Source: a bacterium
GTDB lineage: Bacteria; Auribacterota; Tritonobacteria; UBA1439
Length of the DNA: 64,000 nt
Assembly (NCBI GenBank): GCA_028716845.1
Contig: JAQUPF010000001.1
Coordinates: 216,167-280,166, forward strand
Direction of reading: 5' to 3'
Each line of letters begins with the position of its first letter. The first letter of the stretch is position 1. The notes below the pieces were generated by a model that worked only from the letters and a program-made list of their open reading frames with translations, did no database searches and had not been told where the DNA came from. Position numbers and translations under genes: made by a program. Shown here piece after piece: positions 17,803 to 26,299 of the stretch.

Positions 17803-18978
17803 TCACTTCACGAGGAGCAACTCGACGTCCCTGATGCTGAGATCATCTTCCGAATAGGGGAGCTTCCCCCTGAATTCCTCCGGCACCTCTCTCTTGGTAT
17901 CGCGCGTAAAGGATATGTCCTTCCTCCTGAAGGGCGAGGCCTCGACAATCTGCACGATCTCGCGTATCCCGAGGCGGTTGATGATCGTGCTGCGGTAGAT
18001 GAATTCCACCGCCCGCCTCACCACTTCATCCTCAAGCCCCTTGGACCTCAGCAGGTTCTCCATCTCGGCCTCGGAGTAACGCAGGTGGCCGAAAGGCGGG
18101 ATGTGCGGTGTCGCGCCGTGCCGATCCGTCACGTGGTAATGGTGCCCCACGGCGCTGCTCCAGATGGGGCCGAACGAGGCGTAGAGCCGCCCGCCAGGCT
18201 TCAACACCCGGTGGATCTCGGAGAGGACCCGCCCGAGATCGAGGCAGTGCTCAAAGACGTTGAACGAATACGCCCCGTCGAAGGTATCGTCGTCGAACCC
18301 GAGCGACGAGGCGTCCATCATGACGTACGAATACCGCCGGTGCATGGAGAGGTAGCACTTCGAGAAGTAGTCAATGTCGATGCCGACGATCCTCCTCGGC
18401 CCCGCTCGCAGCAGCTGCCACGCGACGGCGCCGTTCCCGCTGCCGATCTCCAGGATCGTCCTCCCGCGAACCGTCATCCTCCCCGTCAGATCGCGGACGA
18501 ATCGCGCGTTGTACGGCTTGCCGATGAAGTCGTCGTACTCCCCGATGATGTCCGGGAACACCGGCGGGGAGAGCAATCCCCTCCCCGCGAGCCATGCCCT
18601 TGCCCTCTGGAACACACCCGGCGTGATCCGCACCCCCTTCGCGACAAGCGGCCGTGGATTCAATCTGTGCAGATCGGTCCTTCTGAACAGCGTCATTTCC
18701 ATGTCATAGACGCCGGGCGCGATCGTGAAGCTCTTGATGACCTCCACGGGCACGCCGGGCCTCCACGTGTCCGTCCGCGGCCGAATGACGAAGCCGATAT
18801 ACGCGTGCCGTTTCCCGGCAGGGCGGGCACCCGGCGGTTGACCGTTCGCGCGGACAAGCTTGATGCCGAGGGAATATTCACCATCGATCGGCCGCGACGG
18901 GAGAAATTTCAGGCGGATCAGCGCATGCCTTCCGAGGAAGGATACCCGCAGGCCGATGAGTTCGACCGGATCGCTCAT
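17803..18978 (-). CDS. Class I SAM-dependent methyltransferase with extra N- and C-terminal domains
   Basis: Track ORF 17803..19161; ATG at 18978 (MSDPVELIG); motif I LEIGSGNGAVA and LKPGGRLY; C-terminal 86 aa duplicated at 12823..13083. Confidence 0.7.
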   Translation of the reverse strand: MSDPVELIGLRVSFLGRHALIRLKFLPSRPIDGEYSLGIKLVRANGQPPGARPAGKRHAYIGFVIRPRTDTWRPGVPVEVIKSFTIAPGVYDMEMTLFRRTDLHRLNPRPLVAKGVRITPGVFQRARAWLAGRGLLSPPVFPDIIGEYDDFIGKPYNARFVRDLTGRMTVRGRTILEIGSGNGAVAWQLLRAGPRRIVGIDIDYFSKCYLSMHRRYSYVMMDASSLGFDDDTFDGAYSFNVFEHCLDLGRVLSEIHRVLKPGGRLYASFGPIWSSAVGHHYHVTDRHGATPHIPPFGHLRYSEAEMENLLRSKGLEDEVVRRAVEFIYRSTIINRLGIREIVQIVEASPFRRKDISFTRDTKREVPEEFRGKLPYSEDDLSIRDVELLLVK

Positions 18979-19180
18979 CGCCCTGTTCTTCCGCGCGGAA
19001 GTGGAAACGGTTCGATGGTTTGCATCGCTGCGATGGCAATCGCCCCTGCGACGGTGATGGACCTTTCCCCGCAGGAAGCCGGTGTATTCATGATCACGGG
19101 AGAGGCGGCGGCGGTTCCTGTTGGACAGGCGCGGGCTTGTATCTATTGAACCGCACTGCATACGCGATTCGACGCCAAAC

Positions 19181-21226
19181 TCATGGCTTCTTCTCCTGCG
19201 GGAGGAAATCGTGACGGGAGCCCAGCCGGAGGTTGACCAGTGGGTTGACCGCCTCCCAGCGGGGCCCCGGGCGGGGGCGGCGCGCGCCGCCGTAGAGGGA
19301 GGGGTGGTTGCGCTTCATGATCTCCATGAGCTCCGCGTGGCGCTCGATCGCGCGCGCGTCGCGCGTGACGCCGTGCCGGCGGTAGTGGAAGAGCGGCGCG
19401 GGGATGACCTCGCCCCTCCCCCCCGCCTCCGCGACGGAGAGCCAGAAATCCCAGTCCTCGTTGCCGCCCGCCATGTTCGGGTTGAAGCCGCCCACCCGCC
19501 GCCAGATCTCCTTCGTGAAGACCGCCGCCGTCGGGACGCAGTTCCGCCGCGTGAGCGTCCCGATCTCGAACGGCTCCGTCCCCCATTCGCGATCCTCGTC
19601 GCCGAATATCTTCACCCAGGAGTAGCTGATGTCGAGCCGCCGCGCCTCCATGGCGGCGACGCACTTCTTGAGGTAGGCCGGCATGATGCGGTCGTCGGCG
19701 TCGAGGCAGCAGATGTATTTTCCCCACGCCGCGGCGATCGCGTTGTTCCGCGCCCTGCTCACGCCCTGGTTCTCCTGCCGGCGGACCATCAGGTTCGGGA
19801 TGCCGCGGCGCTCGATCTCCGCGAGCTTCTCCACCGTGAACGGGTCGTCGGAGCCGTCGTCGACGATGATGATCTCGATGTTCCGCAGCGTCTGGCCGAG
19901 GGCGCTCTCGAGCGCCTCGTCCAGGAAACGGCCGTAGTTGTGGCAGGGGATGACGACGGTGACGAGCGGCGCCTCCCACGGCTCCAGCCGGAAGAGGCGC
20001 GGGAGGCCGGTGCCGAAGAGCCGCCGGGCCGCGTTCACAACCGGGATGGGGAGCCGCCGCTTCACACGGTCGGGGGCGAGCCGCGCCGCGAGGCGGTACG
20101 GGAACCGGTACAGACCCCGCCGCAGCAGATCCCCCTCCGGGACGAGGAGCAGCCGCCGGGCGACGCGCTTGAAGCGGCGCGGACAGAGGACGTCGATCAC
20201 GCGGAACGGGAGGAGGACGAGCCCCTTCAGCGAGTGGCGCGCGGCGCAGATTGCGCAGGCGAGCGGCCAGGGCCTCGACGACTTGATGCCGCGGAGCTCG
20301 TCCGAGGCGAGGTTGAGCCGGTGCTGCGCGTCGCCGAGCCGGCGCTCGAGCGTGGCGCGTTCCCTCTCGGCCTCCCGCGAGCGTGCCTCGAGGCCGGCGA
20401 CCCGCCGCTCGAGGTCCTCGATCCGGCGCTTCGCCGCCTCGTGGTGGCCGGTCAGCCGCCGCAGCGACTCCTCCCCCGTCTTCCAGTAGTGGCGATACCG
20501 CGCGATGAGGTCGTCCTTGGCGATGAGGACCTCCGGGAAGCGGCGCCGGTAGCTCTCGAGGTGCTTCTCGATGATCCTCCGCCGGAGCCGGCTCGACACC
20601 TCGGGCCTGTCCGCCCCGCGGACCATCGAGTCCTTCCGCACGCGGTACCGGAAGAGGAACTCCGGGATGAGGGCGACCCTGTAGCCCGCCTCGAGGACGC
20701 CGATCCAGAAGTCCCAGTCCTCGTACCCCGGCAGCGTCTCGTCGTAGCCCCCGGCCTTCTCCCACGCCTCCCGCCTGAACGGCGAGGAGCCGCACGCCCT
20801 GTTGGTGACGAGGAAGTCCGCCAGTTCCGTCCCCCGATCCCGCTCCTCCGCCTCCTTCTCGCCGAAGATCCGGTACCAGAACGTCGCCACGCCGACCTCG
20901 GGGCGGGAATCGAGGAGCGCCGCGCACCTCCCGAGGCAGTCCGGCTCGAGGATGTCGTCGGCGTCGAGGCAGCAGATGTACCCGCCGCCCGAGTTCCCGA
21001 TGCCGAGGTTCCGCGCGGCGGAGAGTCCCCGGTTGGGCGAGCGGATGACGCGCGTCTTCGGCCACGGGCAGGCCGAGAGGAGGCGCCCGGTGTCCCCGTC
21101 GGTCGAGCCGTCGTCCACGACGACGATCTCGAAGTCCCGCATCGTCTGCGCGAGGACGGAGTCCACCGCCTCGCCCAGGTACCGGCCGAGGTTGAAGCAG
21201 GGGATGATCACGCTGACTTTCGGCAT
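19181..21226 (-). CDS. Tandem two-domain GT2 glycosyltransferase with coiled-coil linker
   Basis: Track ORF 681 aa; two GT2 cores (VSVIIPCFNLGRYL...DADD and VTVVIPCHNYGRFL...DADD) separated by a Glu/Arg-rich heptad-like segment (EDLERRVAGLEARSREAERERATLERRL). Confidence 0.8.
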   Translation of the reverse strand: MPKVSVIIPCFNLGRYLGEAVDSVLAQTMRDFEIVVVDDGSTDGDTGRLLSACPWPKTRVIRSPNRGLSAARNLGIGNSGGGYICCLDADDILEPDCLGRCAALLDSRPEVGVATFWYRIFGEKEAEERDRGTELADFLVTNRACGSSPFRREAWEKAGGYDETLPGYEDWDFWIGVLEAGYRVALIPEFLFRYRVRKDSMVRGADRPEVSSRLRRRIIEKHLESYRRRFPEVLIAKDDLIARYRHYWKTGEESLRRLTGHHEAAKRRIEDLERRVAGLEARSREAERERATLERRLGDAQHRLNLASDELRGIKSSRPWPLACAICAARHSLKGLVLLPFRVIDVLCPRRFKRVARRLLLVPEGDLLRRGLYRFPYRLAARLAPDRVKRRLPIPVVNAARRLFGTGLPRLFRLEPWEAPLVTVVIPCHNYGRFLDEALESALGQTLRNIEIIIVDDGSDDPFTVEKLAEIERRGIPNLMVRRQENQGVSRARNNAIAAAWGKYICCLDADDRIMPAYLKKCVAAMEARRLDISYSWVKIFGDEDREWGTEPFEIGTLTRRNCVPTAAVFTKEIWRRVGGFNPNMAGGNEDWDFWLSVAEAGGRGEVIPAPLFHYRRHGVTRDARAIERHAELMEIMKRNHPSLYGGARRPRPGPRWEAVNPLVNLRLGSRHDFLPQEKKP

Positions 21227-21290
21227 CTCTCTTTCAGCTCGTCGTTCGTACTTCGTACATCGTACATCGCAAACAGAGGTTAATCCACAC
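21098..21290. repeat. About 190-bp duplicated segment spanning GT2 5' coding end, RBS and upstream hairpin, copy 1
   Basis: Near-identical to 22161..22353 (a few mismatches over about 190 bp, constant offset 1063). Confidence 0.7.
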
Positions 21291-21305
21291 AGTACGATGT
21301 ACGAA

Positions 21306-22289
21306 TCAGCGCCGGAACGGCAATGAAAAGACCGACTTCACCGCGCGCCACGCCCGCTGGACGGCGGAGCCGACCTTCCAGGCCTTGGAGGCGTACACCG
21401 ACCGGAGTTCGTGCTCGCGCTCATCGAGCAGGCGGCGGAGCTCGCCGGGCTCGCCCCTGTTCAGCGCGGTCTCCAGCTCCCGTATGTAGCGGTGCGCGTC
21501 GTCGTGGTGCCCCAGCAGCCAATCGAGCTCCTCCTCCCGGTGCCGCCAGTAGAGGCGGTACTCGCCGAGCAGCCGGTCCTTGCCGCGGATGACCTCGAGG
21601 GCGTGCTCCCGGAACGACGCGGCGTGCCTGGCGATGATCCGGTCCATGATCTCGCCCCGGTACTCGGGGCTGTTGCTCCGGTGGTGCTTCCCCCCCTCCC
21701 TGATCCTGTACCGGAAGAGGAACTCCTCCAGGACGTGCGCGCGGTACCCCCGCTCGAGGATGCCGATCCAGAAGTCCCAGTCCTCGTACCCCGGCAGCGT
21801 CTCGTCGTATCCCCCCACCTCCTCCCACGCCTTCCGCCTGAACAGCGAGGCGGTGCAGGCGCGGTTGTCGACGAGGAAATCGGCGAGCGTCGCGGAGTCC
21901 GGGTCGACCGTGCCGGGCTTGTCGCCGAAGAAGGTGTACCAGAACGTCACGATCCCCACGCCCGGGTCTCCGTTCATGACGGCGCCCGTCTTCTCGAGGC
22001 ACGCCGGCTCGAGGAGGTCGTCCGGGTCGAGGCAGCAGACGTACTCGCCGGAGGACAGCGAGATGCCGTGGTTCCTCGCCGCCCCCGCCCGCTTCCGCTC
22101 CGTGGCGACGACCCTCGTCTTCGGCCGCCGGTAGTCCGCGAGGAGGGCGTTGGTCTCCTCGTCGGTCGAGCCGGGATTCACGACGATGATCTCGAAGTCC
22201 CGCATCGTCTGCGCGAGGACGGAGCCCACCGCCTCGTCCAGGTACCGGCCGAGGTTGAAGCAGGGGATGATCACGCTGACTTTGGGCAT
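21306..22289 (-). CDS. GT2 family glycosyltransferase, paralog of the N-terminal domain of 19181..21226
   Basis: Track ORF 21306..22358; ATG at 22289 gives MPKVSVIIPCFNLGRYLDEAV..., nearly identical over the first about 60 aa to the downstream tandem GT2. Confidence 0.8.
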   Translation of the reverse strand: MPKVSVIIPCFNLGRYLDEAVGSVLAQTMRDFEIIVVNPGSTDEETNALLADYRRPKTRVVATERKRAGAARNHGISLSSGEYVCCLDPDDLLEPACLEKTGAVMNGDPGVGIVTFWYTFFGDKPGTVDPDSATLADFLVDNRACTASLFRRKAWEEVGGYDETLPGYEDWDFWIGILERGYRAHVLEEFLFRYRIREGGKHHRSNSPEYRGEIMDRIIARHAASFREHALEVIRGKDRLLGEYRLYWRHREEELDWLLGHHDDAHRYIRELETALNRGEPGELRRLLDEREHELRSVYASKAWKVGSAVQRAWRAVKSVFSLPFRR

Positions 22290-22353
22290 CTCTCTTTCAG
22301 CTCGTCGTTCGTACTTCGTACATCGTACATCGCAAACAGAGGTTAATCCACAC
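22161..22353. repeat. About 190-bp duplicated segment, copy 2
   Basis: See 21098..21290. Confidence 0.7.
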
Positions 22354-22403
22354 CGCACCCAGAACGAAGTACGAAGTACGATGTACGATGTACGAAGTAC
22401 GAA
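22308..22403 (-). promoter_or_regulatory. Perfect 25-bp inverted repeat (GTAC-rich) with 46-nt loop in the leader of the GT2 gene
   Basis: Arm TTCGTACTTCGTACATCGTACATCG (22308..22332) is the exact reverse complement of 22379..22403; a shorter 14-bp version precedes the next GT2 gene (about 21253..21305). Confidence 0.5.
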
Positions 22404-22409
22404 CCGTAT

Positions 22410-25091
22410 TCATCTGGATCGGGCCATCTCCATGAACCGGAAGAGCCGGAGGAGGTAGCCGGCGTCGTGGAGGAGGAGGCCCTTCTTCTCGAAGATTTCG
22501 GCGTCGTCCTCGCCGGCCCGCCTCGCCGCCCGGAAGGCCCGGAGGCTCCTTCCGAGCCGCCGCGGTCCGTGGCCGATGACGAAACCCAGGCCGAACATCT
22601 TCCGGTGCATGAGGGCGTCCGAGTACCCCCCCCAGAACGCCTTGCGCATGACGTACTTCCTGTTCAGCCGCTCCGGGTCCACGAAGTGGTAAATGACGGC
22701 GTCCGCGGTGTAGTAGATCCTGTAGCCGTTCCTCGAGAGGAAGAAGTTGAGGAGCGTCTCCTCCCCCTGGTAGAGGCGCTTCCCCGTCCGCCCCAGCCGG
22801 CCGTGGAAGCGGGCCCAGGGAAGGTTCAGGAGCTCCTTCCGGTAACAGGAATTCCCCCCGCCGAGGTAGTCGGGGTGCTGGATGCGGATGACCCGCTCCG
22901 GCCGCCCGCGCCGCTCGTAGTCGAGGCCGTAGAAGCCCCAGACGTACGGGGTGTCGAACCAGGGCGGGAGATCGAAGCCCTCGACGGGGACGGGCACCAC
23001 CTTCCCCCCGACGACGTCGGCATGGAATCGCCGGATCGTCTCGTCGAAGGCGGCGAGCCAGCGGCGGTCCGCCGCGGCGTCGTCGTCCAGGTAGGCGACG
23101 AGGTCGTACCTCGAGTGCCGGATGCCCGTGTTCCGCGCGTTCGAGAGGCCGAGGACCGGCTCGAAGCAGTACCGGAAGGGGACGGGGGACGCCTCCCGGA
23201 GGGCGGCGGCCGTCTCGCGGGTGGCGTCGGCGCTGCCGTTGTCCACGACGATGATCTCGTAGCGGTCCCGCGGGTAGTCCAGGGCGAAGAGCGACTCGAC
23301 CGCCTTCCTGAGGTAGTCCGCGCGGTTGTGCGTGCAGACGATGACGGAGAAGCCGCCCGGGCCCGTCGACGACGCCGGCATGGAGAACGGCTCCCGCAGT
23401 TCGAGCGGCCCGATCCCCACGGCGCCGTCGGACGACCCTTCGACGGCCTCCCGGCGCAGCGTGACCGGGTCCAGGAGACCCACGTGGGCGGTGTAGCTCG
23501 CGCGGGGGATGGTTTCGATGAACAGGTCGTCCCTGCAGGCGAGCCCCCGCTTCCATCGCCGGGTCCCGCCGATGGGGGCGTGGTCGAGGTTGAGGAACCC
23601 GACGGATCTCCTCTCTTCCGGCAGCGCGCCGGGATCGTCCGGGTAGAGGTGCGTGAAGACGAGGAAATTGTCGCGGGGCTTCCGGTGCGGGAGGAAGAAG
23701 AGCGTGAGGACGCGGTTCCGCTCCGTCCAGCCGAGGAGGGTGACGGGGCCGATCCGGGCGTTCACCGGGTGGGCGATTTCGGCCCACGCCTCCGCGGGCG
23801 GGAGGGCGCCCCGGCCGCGCGCCGCCTTCGCGCGCCCCTCCCTCCACTCGCGCAGGAACGCCCTCGGCCTCAGGAAGACGCCCCCCGAGCGCCGCAGGCA
23901 GCCGAGGAGCCTCGCGCCCTTGCGGGCGGCCGTGGAGAGGCCGTCCCGCGGGCGGACGAGAGCGCCGAGGAAGTCGCGCGCGAGGGCGCCGAGGTGCCGG
24001 AGCGCGGCCGGACGCCCCTCGCCATCGACCTTCGAGACCGCCTCCGCCATCCCCTCCTCGTATGAGCGCCGCAGGGAATGCCGCCTCGCCGCCCCGGGCG
24101 CCACCCCCTCCCCCGCGGCGAAGACGCGGAGGAGCCGCTCCGGGTCGGGATCCTTCATGGAAACCTGCCTGTTGAATATCAGATCGTGGAGGAACCGGTC
24201 CCGCAGATCGCGGTCGACCTCGAATCGCCGCGCCGCCGGCAGGTCGTAGTTGAATACCCCCTCCTTGCCGGAGCCGATCCCCCGCCCCAGGTAAGTGACC
24301 GGCTTGTCGAAGAGGAGGGCCTCGAGCAGGACGGTGGAGTTGATCCCCACCACGCACCCGCACCGGGCGAGGGAGTCCCTGAGGTCGCCCCCCTCCTCGA
24401 CCCGGACGCCGGGGATCTCCTCCCCGAGGCGGAGGAGGCGCTCCTTGTCGGGATCGAGCGGGTGGCACCTGCACACGATCTCCTCGCCGGGGAGGGCGGA
24501 GGCCATGTGCCGGACGAACGCCGCCATGTCCCTCCAGGGCGAGAACTGCACGATGTTCATGTCATCCGCGATCTGGAGGGGGCAGAAGACGAAGCCGTCG
24601 TCCCCGATGGCGCGCCCGCCGCGGTACCCGCTCCTGAACGCCTCGAGGGCCGGGCGGTCCAGCGGCAGACGCCGCACCTCGGCCGCGGTCATCTCCGCAA
24701 TGCTTGAATCGGCGTTGATCCCCCGCCCGTCGAAGTAGACGTGCTCCCGCTGGGGGAACCAGCCGGCCTCGGCGTAGACGACCCCGCACGCCGGGAGCTC
24801 CTCCCGGATGAACCGGAGCGGCCGCTCGTAGAGCGGATGGTGCTTGTTCCAGCAGAGGACCCTCGACGGCCGGATCCCGGCGAGGATGCGCTCGAGGGCC
24901 TCCCCGCCGAACTCCTCCTCGCCGAGCCGGCGGAAACGGTACGGGGCCAGGATCTCGAGGTCCCCCTCCGCGAACAGCCAGCAGTAGAAGCCGTGGATGC
25001 GGAAGGAACCGCCCAGGATCCGGAGACAGTTCGCCAGGAAGCGGGCGGAATGCTCCGTGCAGGTGTCGAGAACCACGAGATCCGGTTTCAT
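22410..25091 (-). CDS. Fusion protein: capsule-polysaccharide-biosynthesis-like N-terminal domain + C-terminal GT2 glycosyltransferase
   Basis: Track ORF 893 aa; N-terminal half resembles KpsC/LpsZ-type capsule synthesis proteins (FVFCPLQIADDMNIVQFSPW...GINSTVLLEALLFDKPVTYLG); C-terminal GT2 core FSVIVCTHNRADYL...DNGSAD...DDDA. Confidence 0.65.
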   Translation of the reverse strand: MKPDLVVLDTCTEHSARFLANCLRILGGSFRIHGFYCWLFAEGDLEILAPYRFRRLGEEEFGGEALERILAGIRPSRVLCWNKHHPLYERPLRFIREELPACGVVYAEAGWFPQREHVYFDGRGINADSSIAEMTAAEVRRLPLDRPALEAFRSGYRGGRAIGDDGFVFCPLQIADDMNIVQFSPWRDMAAFVRHMASALPGEEIVCRCHPLDPDKERLLRLGEEIPGVRVEEGGDLRDSLARCGCVVGINSTVLLEALLFDKPVTYLGRGIGSGKEGVFNYDLPAARRFEVDRDLRDRFLHDLIFNRQVSMKDPDPERLLRVFAAGEGVAPGAARRHSLRRSYEEGMAEAVSKVDGEGRPAALRHLGALARDFLGALVRPRDGLSTAARKGARLLGCLRRSGGVFLRPRAFLREWREGRAKAARGRGALPPAEAWAEIAHPVNARIGPVTLLGWTERNRVLTLFFLPHRKPRDNFLVFTHLYPDDPGALPEERRSVGFLNLDHAPIGGTRRWKRGLACRDDLFIETIPRASYTAHVGLLDPVTLRREAVEGSSDGAVGIGPLELREPFSMPASSTGPGGFSVIVCTHNRADYLRKAVESLFALDYPRDRYEIIVVDNGSADATRETAAALREASPVPFRYCFEPVLGLSNARNTGIRHSRYDLVAYLDDDAAADRRWLAAFDETIRRFHADVVGGKVVPVPVEGFDLPPWFDTPYVWGFYGLDYERRGRPERVIRIQHPDYLGGGNSCYRKELLNLPWARFHGRLGRTGKRLYQGEETLLNFFLSRNGYRIYYTADAVIYHFVDPERLNRKYVMRKAFWGGYSDALMHRKMFGLGFVIGHGPRRLGRSLRAFRAARRAGEDDAEIFEKKGLLLHDAGYLLRLFRFMEMARSR

Positions 25092-26299
25092 CGGCTCCGG
25101 CCCTCATCCCGCCCCCGGGGCGGGCCGTTCCAGCCCTGAGTGTACCAATTGGAGGTGGATCGATAAAGGGAGGGATGTGCGCCCCCGGCGGCCGCCCCGG
25201 CAAGCCGGCGGAGCAGGTCGTGCAACCGCTCCGCCGCCGCCTCGGGCGAAAAGCCCTCCGCCGCCTTCCGCCGGCCGTACTCGCCCATCCTCGCCCGCGC
25301 GGCGGGGTTCCGGCGCAGAAAATCGAGGCGCTCCTCCCACTCCGCGGGCGTGGCCGCGATGAATCCGTTCAGGCCGTCCTCGACATACTCGGCATACGCC
25401 GGCACGGGGCTCGCGACGACCGGCAGCCGCATGGAGTTGCAGATGACCGCCTTGTGCGGCGGCTTCGCCAGGGCGAAGGGGCAGTCCGTGAAGAGGGGGG
25501 CGATCCCCGCATGGGCGCGCGACATGAGGCCCGCGATCGAGTCCATCCCCCAGACGTGGAACTCCGCGATCTCCCCCAGGATCATCTCCGCGAGTTTCCT
25601 GTTGCTCTTCGTGCCCATGAACTCGTTCCGCCGCTCCTCCGTCGTGGCGACGAGCACCCTGACCGGGGCCCGGCGGGCGATCCTCCGTATCGCCTCCGCG
25701 CAGACGAGCAGGTAGGGCAGGTTGTCGCTGCACCCCTCCCAGACCAGCGTCATGCCCCGATCGGCGCTCTCCGCGGCGGCCGGCGGCGGATGGTACACGT
25801 CCGTGTCGATCGAATCGTGGATCACCTCCACGGGAAGCGAGGGGGCGAGGCGCGCGATCGCCTCCGCCTGCAGCCGCGAGCCCGCGACCACGTGCGGCCG
25901 GCACTGTTCGAGGAACGCGATGAGGCGGCGCCAGTGATCGGGCGGGAACGGCCGCGCGGTCCCGGTGTAGGCGGCGTAGTGGTGCGCGCGGGAGGGGGCT
26001 TCGTATCCCAGGAGGTCGGAGAACGAGAACACCAGCGCTGCCCCGTGCCTCCCGAGACGCGCGGCGTTGCGGAGCCAGAAGCCGTAGTCGCGGTCCTGCG
26101 AGAAGATGACGTCGGCCGGCGTGCCGAGCGCCTCCTCTTTCCCCGAGAAGACGCACTCGACGCCGCGCCTGCGGAGGCAGCGCGCCGGGAGGACCATCCG
26201 CCGGCGGTCCGACGGGTTCCCGAACGGGTCGTCGCTCAGGGGGACGAAGAGAACGCGCAGGGGCCGCGCCCCCCCCGCGGGGCCCGCGCGTTCCGTCAC
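25088..26299 (-). CDS. GT1/GT4-like glycosyltransferase
   Basis: Part of track ORF 25088..26923; GTG at 26299 overlaps the upstream stop (GTGA); C-terminal region resembles glycosyl transferase group 1 (PLFTDCPFALAKPPHKAVICNSMRLPVVASPVPAYAEYVEDGLNGF). Confidence 0.55.
   Translation of the reverse strand: MTERAGPAGGARPLRVLFVPLSDDPFGNPSDRRRMVLPARCLRRRGVECVFSGKEEALGTPADVIFSQDRDYGFWLRNAARLGRHGAALVFSFSDLLGYEAPSRAHHYAAYTGTARPFPPDHWRRLIAFLEQCRPHVVAGSRLQAEAIARLAPSLPVEVIHDSIDTDVYHPPPAAAESADRGMTLVWEGCSDNLPYLLVCAEAIRRIARRAPVRVLVATTEERRNEFMGTKSNRKLAEMILGEIAEFHVWGMDSIAGLMSRAHAGIAPLFTDCPFALAKPPHKAVICNSMRLPVVASPVPAYAEYVEDGLNGFIAATPAEWEERLDFLRRNPAARARMGEYGRRKAAEGFSPEAAAERLHDLLRRLAGAAAGGAHPSLYRSTSNWYTQGWNGPPRGRDEGRSR

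Noticed and set aside
18979-19161. N-terminal 61 codons of the methyltransferase track ORF
   Set aside because: Arg/His-rich and non-protein-like; ATG at 18978 is the more plausible start, though this remains uncertain.
19121-21283. 720-aa plus-strand and 640-aa minus-strand ORFs overlapping the tandem GT2 gene
   Set aside because: Alternative-frame artefacts of GC-rich DNA; only the 19181..21226 minus frame gives GT2 motifs.
22297-24474. 725-aa minus and 532-aa plus ORFs overlapping the capsule-synthesis/GT2 fusion gene
   Set aside because: Low-complexity Arg/Gly/Pro translations without motifs.
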